The notes beneath the pieces are model-generated. The model was not told where the DNA came from. It worked only from the letters and a program-made list of their open reading frames with translations, and made no database searches. A DNA stretch of 64,000 nucleotides from NCBI GenBank assembly GCA_963744405.1, contig CAVUTO010000001.1, positions 52,339-116,338 of the forward strand, given 5' to 3'. Positions 29,176 to 38,454 of the stretch are shown in pieces (the first letter of the stretch is position 1; every line of letters starts with the position of its first letter). Source of the DNA: Vicinamibacterales bacterium. Its GTDB lineage: Bacteria; Acidobacteriota; Vicinamibacteria; Vicinamibacterales; JAMQPK01. The position numbers were made by a program, and so were the translations under genes.

Positions 29176-30276
29176 CTAGATCAGCGATCGCACACGCTCC
29201 ACATGCAGGGCTTTGAGGCAGCGGACGATGCCCGCTGGAGACAGCACTTGCTGCGCGGCGCCCAGTTCGGTGGCCGCTCGCGGCATGCCGAAGATCAGGC
29301 TGCTCTCTTCATCTTGCGCGATCGTGACGCCGCCCGCTTTGCGAATCGACAACAGCCCCTGGGCTCCGTCCGACCCCATCCCCGTCAGCAGCACGCCCGC
29401 CGATCGGGCGCCGTACACTTTTGCCACCGAGTGGAGCGTCACGTCAATCGACGGCCGGTGGCCGTTCACCGGCGCCGCATCCGAGAGGTGCACGCGTCCG
29501 CCGATGCCCACGACGAGATGCAACGCCTCGGGGGTAAACAGCACCCGCCGCGGCATGATGGCATCGCCTTCTTCCGCCACCTTGATCTGCAGCGCGCAGC
29601 GTTCGCGCAGCCACCGCAGCATGCTCGACGTAAACCCGTCGGTCATATGCTGGACGACGACGATGCCGAGCGCGTAGGTCGACGGCAGGCTCGACAGCAG
29701 CGTTTCGATGACGCGCGGTCCGCCCGAAGACGCGCCGATCGCCACCACGTCGGCGGCCGGGCCGTTATACGAGTCGGCCTGCGACGCTTCCTGTGCGAGC
29801 AGCTTACGCGCGCCGTGAATGTGCGCGATGACGGGCACTTTCGCGAGCGCCTTTACCTTCTGCACGAGCTTGCCGGCAGCGTTGTGCCACCGCCAGTCCG
29901 GCATCAGCGCGGGTTTCTCGACGACGTCGAGGGCGCCGGCCGCAATCGCATCGGCCCGCGAGTAGGTGCCTTCCTTGTCGAAGAACGAGCTCAGAAACAG
30001 CACCGGCGTCGGATTGCGGGCCATGATGCGGCGCGTGGCCTCCATCCCGTCCATGCCTGGCATCATCAAGTCCATCGTCACGAGATCGGGACGCAGCGTT
30101 GCCGTCATCTCGACAGCCTCGGCGCCCGTCGACGCCTGTCCTATGACGCTGATGTCGGAATCCGAGTTGAGCAGCGCTGTCAGCACCTCGCGGGTGACGG
30201 CCGAATCGTCCACGATGAGAACCCGCACGGTTGGCGGCCGGACGTCTGCCTGACCCTGGGCGTTTGCCTCAGACAT
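29176..30276 (-). CDS. cheB: CheB: receiver domain plus chemotaxis methylesterase
   Basis: ATG 30276 lies inside the last codons of cheA (8-nt overlap). The REC domain reads VRVLIVDDSAVTREVL...PDLVTMDLMMPGMDGME. The methylesterase domain reads VVAIGASSGGPRV..., GIVVVQHM, HRPSIDVT and LLTGMGSDGAQG. Confidence 0.9.
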   Translation of the reverse strand: MSEANAQGQADVRPPTVRVLIVDDSAVTREVLTALLNSDSDISVIGQASTGAEAVEMTATLRPDLVTMDLMMPGMDGMEATRRIMARNPTPVLFLSSFFDKEGTYSRADAIAAGALDVVEKPALMPDWRWHNAAGKLVQKVKALAKVPVIAHIHGARKLLAQEASQADSYNGPAADVVAIGASSGGPRVIETLLSSLPSTYALGIVVVQHMTDGFTSSMLRWLRERCALQIKVAEEGDAIMPRRVLFTPEALHLVVGIGGRVHLSDAAPVNGHRPSIDVTLHSVAKVYGARSAGVLLTGMGSDGAQGLLSIRKAGGVTIAQDEESSLIFGMPRAATELGAAQQVLSPAGIVRCLKALHVERVRSLI

Positions 30277-32550
30277 GACTGTTCTTTTTGGGTCGCGGGG
30301 ACTCCCCGTCCCGCGTCTCCCGATCGGCAGGCCGGCCAATCAGACGCCTGACCGTGTCGAGCAGGTGACTTTGATCGAACTCGCGCTTCAGCACGTACGC
30401 GTCGGCGCCGACCTCGAACCCCCGGCGGCGGTCGTCGATCGTGTCGCGCGAGGTCACGATGATGACGGGAATGTCGCGGAACTGCTCGTCTGCCCGCATG
30501 CGCTCGGTCAGCTCGAAGCCCGTCATCCGCGGCATGTCGACGTCTGCGATGACGAGATCCCAATCCTTGCGATGGAGGAATTCGAGCGCCTCGACGCCGT
30601 CGCTGGCAATCTCGGATTCGTAGCCGGCCGTGAGCAGAATGTTCTTCTGCAGCTCGCCGGCGACGAGCGAGTCGTCCACGACGAGCACCCGGTAAATGCG
30701 CGGAGCGGGCCGGCGCTGCATCGTCGGTGCGGAGGAGGGCGACGGCGCCCGCGACGCCAGATCGAAGAGCGCGTTCACGTCGAGAATCGGCACGATATCG
30801 CCATTGCCGAGCAGCGCCGCGCCGGTGAAGGTCTTCTGATTGCGGAGCGGACCGCGCAGCTCCTTGAACACGAGCTCCTGCTCTTCGTGCACCGCTTCGA
30901 CGAGGATGCCGAACCGTCCGTCGCTGCCTTCGGCCACGATCACCGTCTGACGCCCTGCCGACGGCGACGCGGGCACTCGCAACATCGCTGACAAGGACGT
31001 CAGTGAAATGCTCTCTCCGCCCACGTCCGCGACCGGGCCCTGTTGCAGTTGACCGATCTCGGCCGAGCCAACCTGCAGGATGCGCCGAACAGCGGCCGTT
31101 GGCAGAGCGAACAGCTCTTCGCCCGCCTCGAGCAGCACCACGCGAAGCAGCGCGAGCGACAGCGGCAAATTGAGCGTGATGCTGGTCCCTTTGTCGATCT
31201 CGGATTGGACGCGCACGGCGCCGCCCAGGCGCTCGACCACGCTCTTGACGACATCCATGCCGACACCGCGGCCCGAGACATCCGTCGCGGACGAGCGCGT
31301 GCTGAAGCCCGGCTGGAAGATCAAATCGACAAGCTGCTCGGGCGACCACCGGGCGATATCAGTTGCGGACGCCAGTTGCCGCTCGGTGGCCACGGCTCGC
31401 AACATGTGCAGGTCGATTCCAGACCCGTCGTCTTTCAGCGTTATCAGAATGCGGTTGCCCTGCTGCTCGGTTGAAAGGATCAGATGGCCGGCGGGGGGCT
31501 TGCCGAGGCGTTCGCGGACCTCAGGGGCCTCGATGCCATGGTCCACCGCATTGCGGATAAGGTGAGTCAGCGGCTCGGCGATCTGCTCGATGATTTTCTT
31601 ATCGAGCTCGGTCTCACGGCCGCGAATCTCGAGCTCGATTTCCTTGCCGAAGGTACGCGCCAGATCGCGCACCGCCCGAGGGAACGCGTCGAAGACCGAC
31701 GCGACCGGCAGCATCGTCAGCTCGATGACGTTCTGCCGCAGCTCTTCGGTGATGAGGTTCAGTCGCACGCGATCGTCGCTGAAACTCACCAGAAACTCGC
31801 GCAGGCGCCGCGTGACCGCATCGAGCCCATCGGCGTGCTCGGCGAGCTGTGCGCCGCGATCGATCTCGCTGGTTTCGGGCGTCAGACGCGCCTCGCGTGC
31901 GCGGTCGCGTAGCCGGCTGAGCATTCGCTCGAGCCGCCGCAGCTCGGTGTGCCGCTCGAACGCCTTGAGGCTCTGCACGACCATCTCGGGCGCCAGGTGC
32001 GCCAGCCTGTCGAGCTTTTCGATCGGCACGCGCAATGACTGGCGCAGCTCCGGCGCCTTCGGCATGCGTGTGCCGGGGTCTGACACCCGTATGTACGGGG
32101 GTCAGACCCCACGTGGGCGATCAGGCCGTCTTTATTGCGCGTTTTCGTCTCGGGGTCAGACCCCGACTGCAGCAAGGCGGCGAGCTGCTCACAGGTGTCG
32201 CCGACCTCGATGACATCCATGTGGCCGCGCGCGAGCTCTTCGATTCGTGACGCCACCCGGTCGACGCTCCCGAAGATGACGTCGAACGCGTTGCCGTCGA
32301 GAAGCGACGGGTTGGTCTTTGCGGCGACGAAGAGCTCTTCGAGTTGATGTGAGATCTGAGAGATGTCGGTGAACCCCAGCATCAGCGCCGAGCCTTTGAT
32401 GCTGTGTGCCTCGCGCAGCACCTCGGCGATGGCGTCGCCGGCTCCTGGCGTCTGCTCCAGCCGCAGCAACGCCGCGCCGAGCGCTTTGAGGCGATCGCGG
32501 GCTTCTTCGACGAACTTGCCGACGAATAAGGAGCTGTCTATCGAGTTCAT
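30269..32550 (-). CDS. cheA: Hybrid CheA histidine kinase (Hpt-dimerisation-HATPase-CheW-like-REC), one frameshift inside a REP-like insertion
   Basis: ATG 32550 gives the Hpt domain MNSIDSSLFVGKFVEEARDRLKALG...EAHSIKGSALMLGF. The frame changes near 32085, and the 605-aa ORF 30269-32086 follows. It carries SLRVPIEKLDRL, HLIRNAVDHGIE, LKDDGSGIDL and GFSTRSSATDVSGRGVGMDVV, then a CheW-like domain. The C-terminal REC reads YRVLVVDDS...DLVIADVDMPRMTGFE...IVTS...YVLKRE. Confidence 0.9.
32075..32164. repeat. Three GGGGTC(T/A)GACCCC words (one inverted pair plus one) embedded in the cheA Hpt-kinase linker
   Basis: ggggtctgacaccc (32075-32088) and gggggtcagacccc (32097-32110) form a hairpin around gtatgtac. 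A third copy, ggggtcagacccc, is at 32152-32164. A fourth, gggtctgaccc, lies in the cheW-cheA spacer (32602-32612). On the coding strand they read SGSDPE, VGSDPR and VSDPGT. Confidence 0.85.
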
Positions 32551-32621
32551 GCCGTCAGCCTGGCCGGATCGACCGCCCGACTTTCGATTTTCGCAAAAAT
32601 AGGGTCTGACCCTCCGGCTGC

Positions 32622-33113
32622 TCATACCTTCGTCACCTTGGCGAGATCGAGCAGTCCCATCAAACCGACTGTGACACGCGCCGCGCCGACGAAACAGGCG
32701 GTACGCTCGGCGGGCCAGGTCGCAGGCGGCGGTTCTATCTCGCCGGCCGAGACCGAATAAATGTCTGCGATCGAGTCGACGATGAGGCCGAGCGGATCGC
32801 CAAATCCGCGCAACGCCACGAGGAACGGCGATTCCGTCGACGTGGACGCAGGCAAGCCGAGAATCTCGCGCACGTCGAGCGCGCACAGAATCTCGCCGCG
32901 CAGGTTGACGAGTCCCGCAACGCCTACAGGGGCGCCTGGCACGCGGCGCAGATGATCGACGCGCGCAACTTCGCGCAACTGATGCAGCGGCAGTCCGTAC
33001 ACTTCCGTCCCCAGATAGAACCCCAGATACGGAACCCGTTCCTCTTCCTCGCGAGGCTCCACTTCGCTGTCGCGCTGCTGTTCGATCGCGGCAAGGATGG
33101 CGTCCGGATCCAT
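32622..33113 (-). CDS. cheW: CheW coupling protein
   Basis: ATG 33113 lies 8 nt after the MCP stop. The text reads MDPDAILAAIEQQ...YLGFYLGTEVYGLPLHQLREVARV...VGVAGLVNLRGEILCALDVREILGL...GLIVDSIADI. The 951-aa track ORF in this frame is a spurious 5' extension. Confidence 0.85.
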   Translation of the reverse strand: MDPDAILAAIEQQRDSEVEPREEEERVPYLGFYLGTEVYGLPLHQLREVARVDHLRRVPGAPVGVAGLVNLRGEILCALDVREILGLPASTSTESPFLVALRGFGDPLGLIVDSIADIYSVSAGEIEPPPATWPAERTACFVGAARVTVGLMGLLDLAKVTKV

Positions 33114-33121
33114 AGAGGCTC

Positions 33122-35071
33122 TTAAAGCTTGAACTCTTTGATTCGGGTTTTGAACTGGTCGGCCAGCAGGTTGAGCTCGCCGACGGAATTCGCCGATTGC
33201 TTCATGCCCGACGCCGCCTGTCTGGTCACCTCGGCGACTTCGCGCATCGTCTGCACGATCTGCTCGCTGGCGCTCTGCTGCTGTTGCGTGGCGAATGTAA
33301 TCTGGCGGATCGCCTGCGTGGTGCGATCGACCATCTGGATGATCTGCTCGAGGCTGCCTCGAGCGCGTGTGGCCAGCGACACACCGATTTCCACCTCTTT
33401 CACACCCTGCTCGGTCGCGAGCACCGACGTGTTGGTCGCCGACTGAATCTCGCCGACAATGCCTTTGATTTCTTCTGCCGACTCGCGCGTGCGCTCGGCC
33501 AGCCTCCGCACCTCGCTCGCCACGACAGCGAACCGCTTGCCGTGCTCGCCGGCAGCGGCCGACTCGATGGCCGCGTTGACGGCGAGCAGATGGATTTCGC
33601 CGGCGATGTCCTTGATGAGGTTGAGCACTTCTGAGATTCGCTGCGACCGCTCGCCCAGCAGCAGCGTCTTGCCGGAGATGTCCGCCACACGGCGGCGGAT
33701 CTTCTCCATCGCTTCGAGCGCCTCGCCGACAGAGTCGTAGCCGGCATGCGCCGCCTGCGCGCTGTCGTCGGCGATCTTCTCCACCGACGTCGCGCTCATC
33801 GCAATCTGCTTGGCCGTATTGGTCAGCTCTTCCATTGTCGCAGTGACCTGCGCGATCGAAGCGGCCTGCTGCACGGATCCGGATGCGTGCTCTTCGGCGG
33901 TCGTCAACACTTGCGTGGACGCGCCCGTGATCTGAATCGACGCGTGCTGCAGGTCCTGAAGCAGCTTGCGCAACTGATCGGCCATGTCGTTTGCCGCGTC
34001 GGCGAGCATGCCGAGCTCGTCGCGGCGCCCGATGGAAATGCCGTGAGAGAGGTCGCCGGCGGCCACCGACTTGAGGAACGGCACGAGCGACATGATCGGA
34101 CGCGAAAACTGCGTCGCCCAGTAGAGCGACCCCGCGGCGGCAAGCGTACCAAGCACGATTGACAACACGACGATGGCCCAGAGCAGGTTTCCAAGCGGTG
34201 CAAACGCCACATCCGTGCGCATCAACAGGATCGTCCGCCACGCGTCGGGCAGGTACGGGCGTTTCTCCGTCGTCGCGTAGCCAACCAGGTATGTCGAGTC
34301 GCGCACCTCGAGCTCGCCGCTGCCCGCCGGCGCGGTGGTGATCGTGCCGACGGAATCGAGCCCCAGCGCGTTCAGACGCGTTCGGCCGGGCTCCCAGCCC
34401 GACAGGAATGGCGGCGCCGCGAGGAGCACGCCCTGCGAGTTCGTCAATACCAGGTAGCCGCGCTCGTCCTGCCCTTCGGGGACCACGCGAACGGCCTGCA
34501 GCGTCGCCAGAACCTTCGGCCAGTCCAGAACCGCCACGAGCACGCCGACCGGCTTCGAGCGATCGAAGCTCGCCTGCAGCGGAAACGCAAGCGGCATTCC
34601 GATGCGGCCGGTCAGATCCTGCATCATGGGCAATCCTACCCACGACTCGCCTCGCCGCGCCGCCTGCAGGAACTCGCGGTCGCCGACTTCTCGACCGCGC
34701 AGCGTCGGCAACGTTGACGCAATCACGGTTCCGGCAGCGTTCGCGACCCAGTACTCCTGCGCCACGTCGGTGTTGCGCTTGGCTTCCAGAAGAAACTGCT
34801 GGATGCGGCCGTCGGCGTCGCCGGTCACCGCATCGTCGCGGATGAACCCGAGCTGCGACCACACCGCCAGATTCTGATGATGATCGAGCAGCAGCCGCTC
34901 GAGTTGCTCGTCGCTCTGCACCGCGAGCGTTTCGAGGTTGAGGCGGATGCGCTCTTCCAGCGCGCCGCGCGCAATCTGGTACGCAAGGATGCCGACCACG
35001 GCGATCGGCAGCAGCGACAACGCTACCGACACGAGCGCCAGCTGCCATCGGATGCTGAGTTTCAACGCCAC
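33122..35071 (-). CDS. Methyl-accepting chemotaxis protein with a Cache-like periplasmic sensor and HAMP
   Basis: Intact 649-aa ORF with GTG start and RBS agggaga. TM1 is LALVSVALSLLPIAVVGILAY. A ~270-aa periplasmic region and TM2 follow, then a HAMP domain. The signalling hairpin reads LLAVNAAIESAAAGEHGKRFAVVASEVRRLAERT. Confidence 0.9.
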   Translation of the reverse strand: MALKLSIRWQLALVSVALSLLPIAVVGILAYQIARGALEERIRLNLETLAVQSDEQLERLLLDHHQNLAVWSQLGFIRDDAVTGDADGRIQQFLLEAKRNTDVAQEYWVANAAGTVIASTLPTLRGREVGDREFLQAARRGESWVGLPMMQDLTGRIGMPLAFPLQASFDRSKPVGVLVAVLDWPKVLATLQAVRVVPEGQDERGYLVLTNSQGVLLAAPPFLSGWEPGRTRLNALGLDSVGTITTAPAGSGELEVRDSTYLVGYATTEKRPYLPDAWRTILLMRTDVAFAPLGNLLWAIVVLSIVLGTLAAAGSLYWATQFSRPIMSLVPFLKSVAAGDLSHGISIGRRDELGMLADAANDMADQLRKLLQDLQHASIQITGASTQVLTTAEEHASGSVQQAASIAQVTATMEELTNTAKQIAMSATSVEKIADDSAQAAHAGYDSVGEALEAMEKIRRRVADISGKTLLLGERSQRISEVLNLIKDIAGEIHLLAVNAAIESAAAGEHGKRFAVVASEVRRLAERTRESAEEIKGIVGEIQSATNTSVLATEQGVKEVEIGVSLATRARGSLEQIIQMVDRTTQAIRQITFATQQQQSASEQIVQTMREVAEVTRQAASGMKQSANSVGELNLLADQFKTRIKEFKL

Positions 35072-35089
35072 ATTCTCCCTGTCGCGCTC

Positions 35090-35518
35090 CTATTTGATCG
35101 GCATGACGCGGACGGTCTCGTCGACTTCGGATGGCGGCACGTACGAGATCGCGCCCGGCACGCCCGCCACGAACCGCAGTACCGCCCGGGCGGATCGCTG
35201 CGTCGAAGGAGGCGTCACACCCTGCGTCATCGACTGTTGCACCCAGTAGTCCTGCATCTCGCGAACCGTCCGGTCGAGCACATCCTTCGAGAAGACCGCA
35301 CGCATGTAATGCGTGCTGTCCCAATCGACCGGCACCATCGGTTCTCCGTGCGGCCACATCCGAGACTGCTTCATAAAGATGCGCCGCAGCTCGACCATGG
35401 TAAGCGACGTTACCGGATTCGCGTTGTTGACGATGACGACGAACGGGATGATCTCCGTGGACGCGTGCCCCGTCCACATCAGAACGATCAACGCCGCGGT
35501 CACGAACCTGCGTACCAC
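35090..35518 (-). CDS. Small periplasmic PstS/PBP-like substrate-binding-domain protein
   Basis: 142-aa ORF with GTG start and signal peptide MVRRFVTAALIVLMWTGHAST. The text reads FVVIVNNANPVTSLTMVELRRIFMKQSRMWPHG...GVPGAISYVP, which resembles the short PBP_like_2 proteins found next to sensors. Confidence 0.6.
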   Translation of the reverse strand: MVRRFVTAALIVLMWTGHASTEIIPFVVIVNNANPVTSLTMVELRRIFMKQSRMWPHGEPMVPVDWDSTHYMRAVFSKDVLDRTVREMQDYWVQQSMTQGVTPPSTQRSARAVLRFVAGVPGAISYVPPSEVDETVRVMPIK

Positions 35519-35523
35519 AGCGA

Positions 35524-36792
35524 TTAGAAGAAGAACACCGCTGCCAGCGCGATACCGTTGAAGGGCTTGCTCTCCTCCTCGCCTTCAGAGTGAAGGAAGT
35601 CGCGCTCCAGCGGCAACGATCGGTAGAGCTCGCCCTTCAACGCAATCTGTGGATAGGGCCGGTAATTCACGCCGGCAAAGTGCCGCCGCTCCGCCCTCTG
35701 AATTCTCGGGCTCTCGAGCTGCTCCCAGCGATAAAACGTAATCCAATCTTCGTCGATCCGATACGCCGGCTGGACGTAGTAGCCCGTGCGCGTCAGCCCC
35801 AACGAGTTGCCGCGCGCCCACTCACTCTGGAACAGGAACTGCGAAACCTCGAGCTGCGATTCGAACCCCCACACGTGGTCCTCCGCGAGCCCCTCGTCCC
35901 CAACCCCCACCCTGCCACGATACATATCCAGTGCCACGTCGAGACGCCTCAACGCGCCCTTCGCCGGGAAGCGAACTTCTCCGCGAGCGCCCCACGATTT
36001 GGCGTCGCTGCGGTCCGTGCGGCTGTTGCCCTCGACCTCGTTGTTGGCGACGTAGAACTTGTAGCCGACGCCGAGCTCTGACGTGCCGACCGGCTTCGCC
36101 GCTGACCCTTGCACCGTCACGCCGATCAGTTCCGCCGGGAACAACTCGCGGAGGTAGATAGGAAGAGCAGTCGACAGCGTGAGGTTTGGATAGTGGTTCT
36201 GCCACCAGTATTGTGGTGACAACTGCTTGCCAACCCGCACGCTCAAGAAGCGGTGGTGATTGTATTCCATCCACGCGTTCTCGACGGTCACCGGCCCCTC
36301 TCCGCTGATATCTTGTGCGCCGCCTTCTTCGGCCACGGGCTCCACCTCTTCGTCGCCCCCCGCCGAGATTTCGGAGTGGTGGGGAATGTTCTGAAGCTCG
36401 AGCTCCATGAGGAAGTTGAACTTGCCGAGCTGCTTGGCCATCAGCACGCCCAGGTGATGCTGCTGGAAGGCAATCGGCTCGTCGGAGCCATCGGCAAAGA
36501 ACCTGAAGTTGTAGTAGCCGTTCAGATTCACCTTGCTGTTGACGGTCTCGCGCAGGGAGGAGATGGAGTCTTCCTGCGCCTTGATGTCTTCCTCCAGATT
36601 CTCGAGGCTCTCGGCCACAGCCGACGCGGGCTGCTTCTCGATCGCCTCGATGCGCTTCAGCAGCTGCGCAATTACGACTTGTTGCTGCGCAAGCTCGGCG
36701 CGGAGGACGGCAATATCGCTCTGCTGGGCCAACAAGGGATGCGCCCCGCATACGAGCAGAGTTGCCACCACTAAGAGGAGAACGCGTTTCAT
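35524..36792 (-). CDS. Outer-membrane beta-barrel (porin-like) protein with an N-terminal coiled coil
   Basis: The start is taken at ATG 36792: MKRVLLLVVATLLVCGAHPLLAQQ. A heptad-rich segment (VLRAELAQQQVVIAQLLKRIEAIEKQ) follows, then alternating beta-strand-like sequence. The terminus is AAVFFF (OMP beta-signal). Confidence 0.5.
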   Translation of the reverse strand: MKRVLLLVVATLLVCGAHPLLAQQSDIAVLRAELAQQQVVIAQLLKRIEAIEKQPASAVAESLENLEEDIKAQEDSISSLRETVNSKVNLNGYYNFRFFADGSDEPIAFQQHHLGVLMAKQLGKFNFLMELELQNIPHHSEISAGGDEEVEPVAEEGGAQDISGEGPVTVENAWMEYNHHRFLSVRVGKQLSPQYWWQNHYPNLTLSTALPIYLRELFPAELIGVTVQGSAAKPVGTSELGVGYKFYVANNEVEGNSRTDRSDAKSWGARGEVRFPAKGALRRLDVALDMYRGRVGVGDEGLAEDHVWGFESQLEVSQFLFQSEWARGNSLGLTRTGYYVQPAYRIDEDWITFYRWEQLESPRIQRAERRHFAGVNYRPYPQIALKGELYRSLPLERDFLHSEGEEESKPFNGIALAAVFFF

Positions 36793-36905
36793 CGGGGCTC
36801 CTTCACACGATTGCATAGCGGTTCACGAAGACACACGCCCGCTGCTACCAGTTATCGGCCCAAGGGTGCCAATTCAGTACATCTGACCACGACCAGACAC
36901 GACCA

Positions 36906-36955
36906 GGGATTGGGGGTTACTTAGGGATTGGGGATTAGGGATAAGGGATTAGGGG
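36906..36955 (+). repeat. (GGGATT)-type G-tract repeat with seven G3-5 runs; G-quadruplex-capable
   Basis: gggattgggggttacttagggattggggattagggataagggattagggg. It overlaps the last codons and stop of the peroxidase gene (36949) and lies upstream of the chemosensory operon start (36792). The 16-mer ttagggattggggatt recurs on the minus strand at 14105-14120. Confidence 0.8.
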
Positions 36956-38454
36956 TGCGGCTTCTTCTCGCAGGCCTCGAACGTCAGCACCGCCAGCCCG
37001 CTCGGTACGGACTTCGGAATGAGGCCGCACAGTTTCCCTTTTTCCGCTCGCGGATCGAGCAGCCCGGTCTTGACGAATTGCGTGACATCCCGAATCTGCG
37101 GTTCCGACAGATCGATTCCGCCGTTCTGGAACAACGGATGGAAATACGATTCGTGGATGCGCGGTCCGATCCGGCGTCGAAGGTCTCTGTCTATGCCCGC
37201 GGTGTCGGGGTTGTAGGGCTGCGACGGGTCCAGGTGGAATCGAATCGCATCCTCGAGCCTCGCAAACGCGCCGTTGTGGAAGTACGCCGGCGCCAGCGCG
37301 ATGTTCCTGAGCGGCGCCGTGCGGAACTTGTACTTGTCGGCCGGATCGCCTGAAATCTGCATAGCGCCGAAGTCCTGATCGAAATCGGGACCGTCATACA
37401 CCATATTGCTCTTGCCGAAAGGCGGCGCGAGCTGGGGGATGCCGGCGACGTGATTCTCGAAGTCGCTGAACATCTCGTTCGACCGCCCCCTGGTCGCGTG
37501 GCACGCAATGCATTTGCCTTCGCCGAAGAACACGAGAGCGCCGCGCTTCTCCTCGTCGGTCATCGCGTTGTGCTGTCCACGCGCGAACCTGTCGATCGGC
37601 GCCGTGGCGAACGTCAGCGTGAACTCGAATTCGGCAATCGCGCGGCCAAACATGTCGAAGTCAATGGGCGCGCCGCGTTTCACTTCATGAAAGACCTTCC
37701 CGAACGCAGCCTGGTATCCGGGCGTCGTGTTGAAAATCTCAAGCACCTGCATCCGAATCGGATCGTTGCGGAATCCAGACTCGTCCGGCAACGGAACCGG
37801 CAGCCCCTTTCCATTGTCGAAGATCTCGAAGATTGGACTGAGGTCGGTGCCAGACGTGCCCGTGAATCCCGCCACTTCGACGAGCTCGGTCGGCGGAGTG
37901 AACGCCTGCGCCTGCAGAAGGTGATCGAGATAGCCCAGCGAGAGACCCTCGGGCGCCGGGAACGTGAACCCGAACATGTTGCTGAACGCATCGCCCAGCG
38001 TTCTTCCGGGGGCAGGGTTTGCGAAGAACCGGCCGTTCCACATCAGCTTCGGGTAGAAGGCGGTATTTATCACGAGCGGCGAGCGGCGCTGATTGCGCGG
38101 ACCAACGCGGTTCGGCCCGACGAGCAAATTGTTGTCGACGCCGATGGCAATCGACTGCGTGTCGCCAAAGCCGTTCGTAGGTGAATGACAGCCGCCGCAG
38201 GTGTTGTCGCGATGCAGCGATTGGACGTTGTCGAACCACAGCAGGCGGCCGAGATTTGCCAACTGATTGTCGATGCGACGTCCAAGCCGGTCTTCGAGGG
38301 TCGACTCCACGCGGCCGGTAAAACCGTGCTGACGAAGCACACGAGCGAGCCAGCCATCCAGGTCCGATCCGCGGCCATCGTCTGCAGAGACGACGAATCC
38401 GAGCGACAGCGCCAATATAACGCTGACCGCGATAACCAACTTTCCGGCTCTCAT
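36949..38454 (-). CDS. Di-haem cytochrome c peroxidase (CCP/MauG family)
   Basis: Intact 501-aa ORF with signal/anchor MRAGKLVIAVSVILALSLGFVVSA. It has two CxxCH motifs (NTCGGCHSP and GKCIACHA). Confidence 0.9.
   Translation of the reverse strand: MRAGKLVIAVSVILALSLGFVVSADDGRGSDLDGWLARVLRQHGFTGRVESTLEDRLGRRIDNQLANLGRLLWFDNVQSLHRDNTCGGCHSPTNGFGDTQSIAIGVDNNLLVGPNRVGPRNQRRSPLVINTAFYPKLMWNGRFFANPAPGRTLGDAFSNMFGFTFPAPEGLSLGYLDHLLQAQAFTPPTELVEVAGFTGTSGTDLSPIFEIFDNGKGLPVPLPDESGFRNDPIRMQVLEIFNTTPGYQAAFGKVFHEVKRGAPIDFDMFGRAIAEFEFTLTFATAPIDRFARGQHNAMTDEEKRGALVFFGEGKCIACHATRGRSNEMFSDFENHVAGIPQLAPPFGKSNMVYDGPDFDQDFGAMQISGDPADKYKFRTAPLRNIALAPAYFHNGAFARLEDAIRFHLDPSQPYNPDTAGIDRDLRRRIGPRIHESYFHPLFQNGGIDLSEPQIRDVTQFVKTGLLDPRAEKGKLCGLIPKSVPSGLAVLTFEACEKKPHP

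Noticed and set aside
36858-36872. Sigma54 promoter (TTGGCACCCTTGGGC on the minus strand) upstream of the chemosensory operon
   Set aside because: The GG and GC elements are separated by 9 rather than the canonical 10 nt, and the -12 box (TTGGGC) is a poor match to TTGCW. It is kept only as a very weak possibility.
36906-36955. Telomere-like TTAGGG repeats implying a linear replicon end or eukaryotic contamination
   Set aside because: The tract is short, degenerate and internal, flanked on both sides by ordinary bacterial genes. The same word occurs inside a coding region at 14.1 kb.
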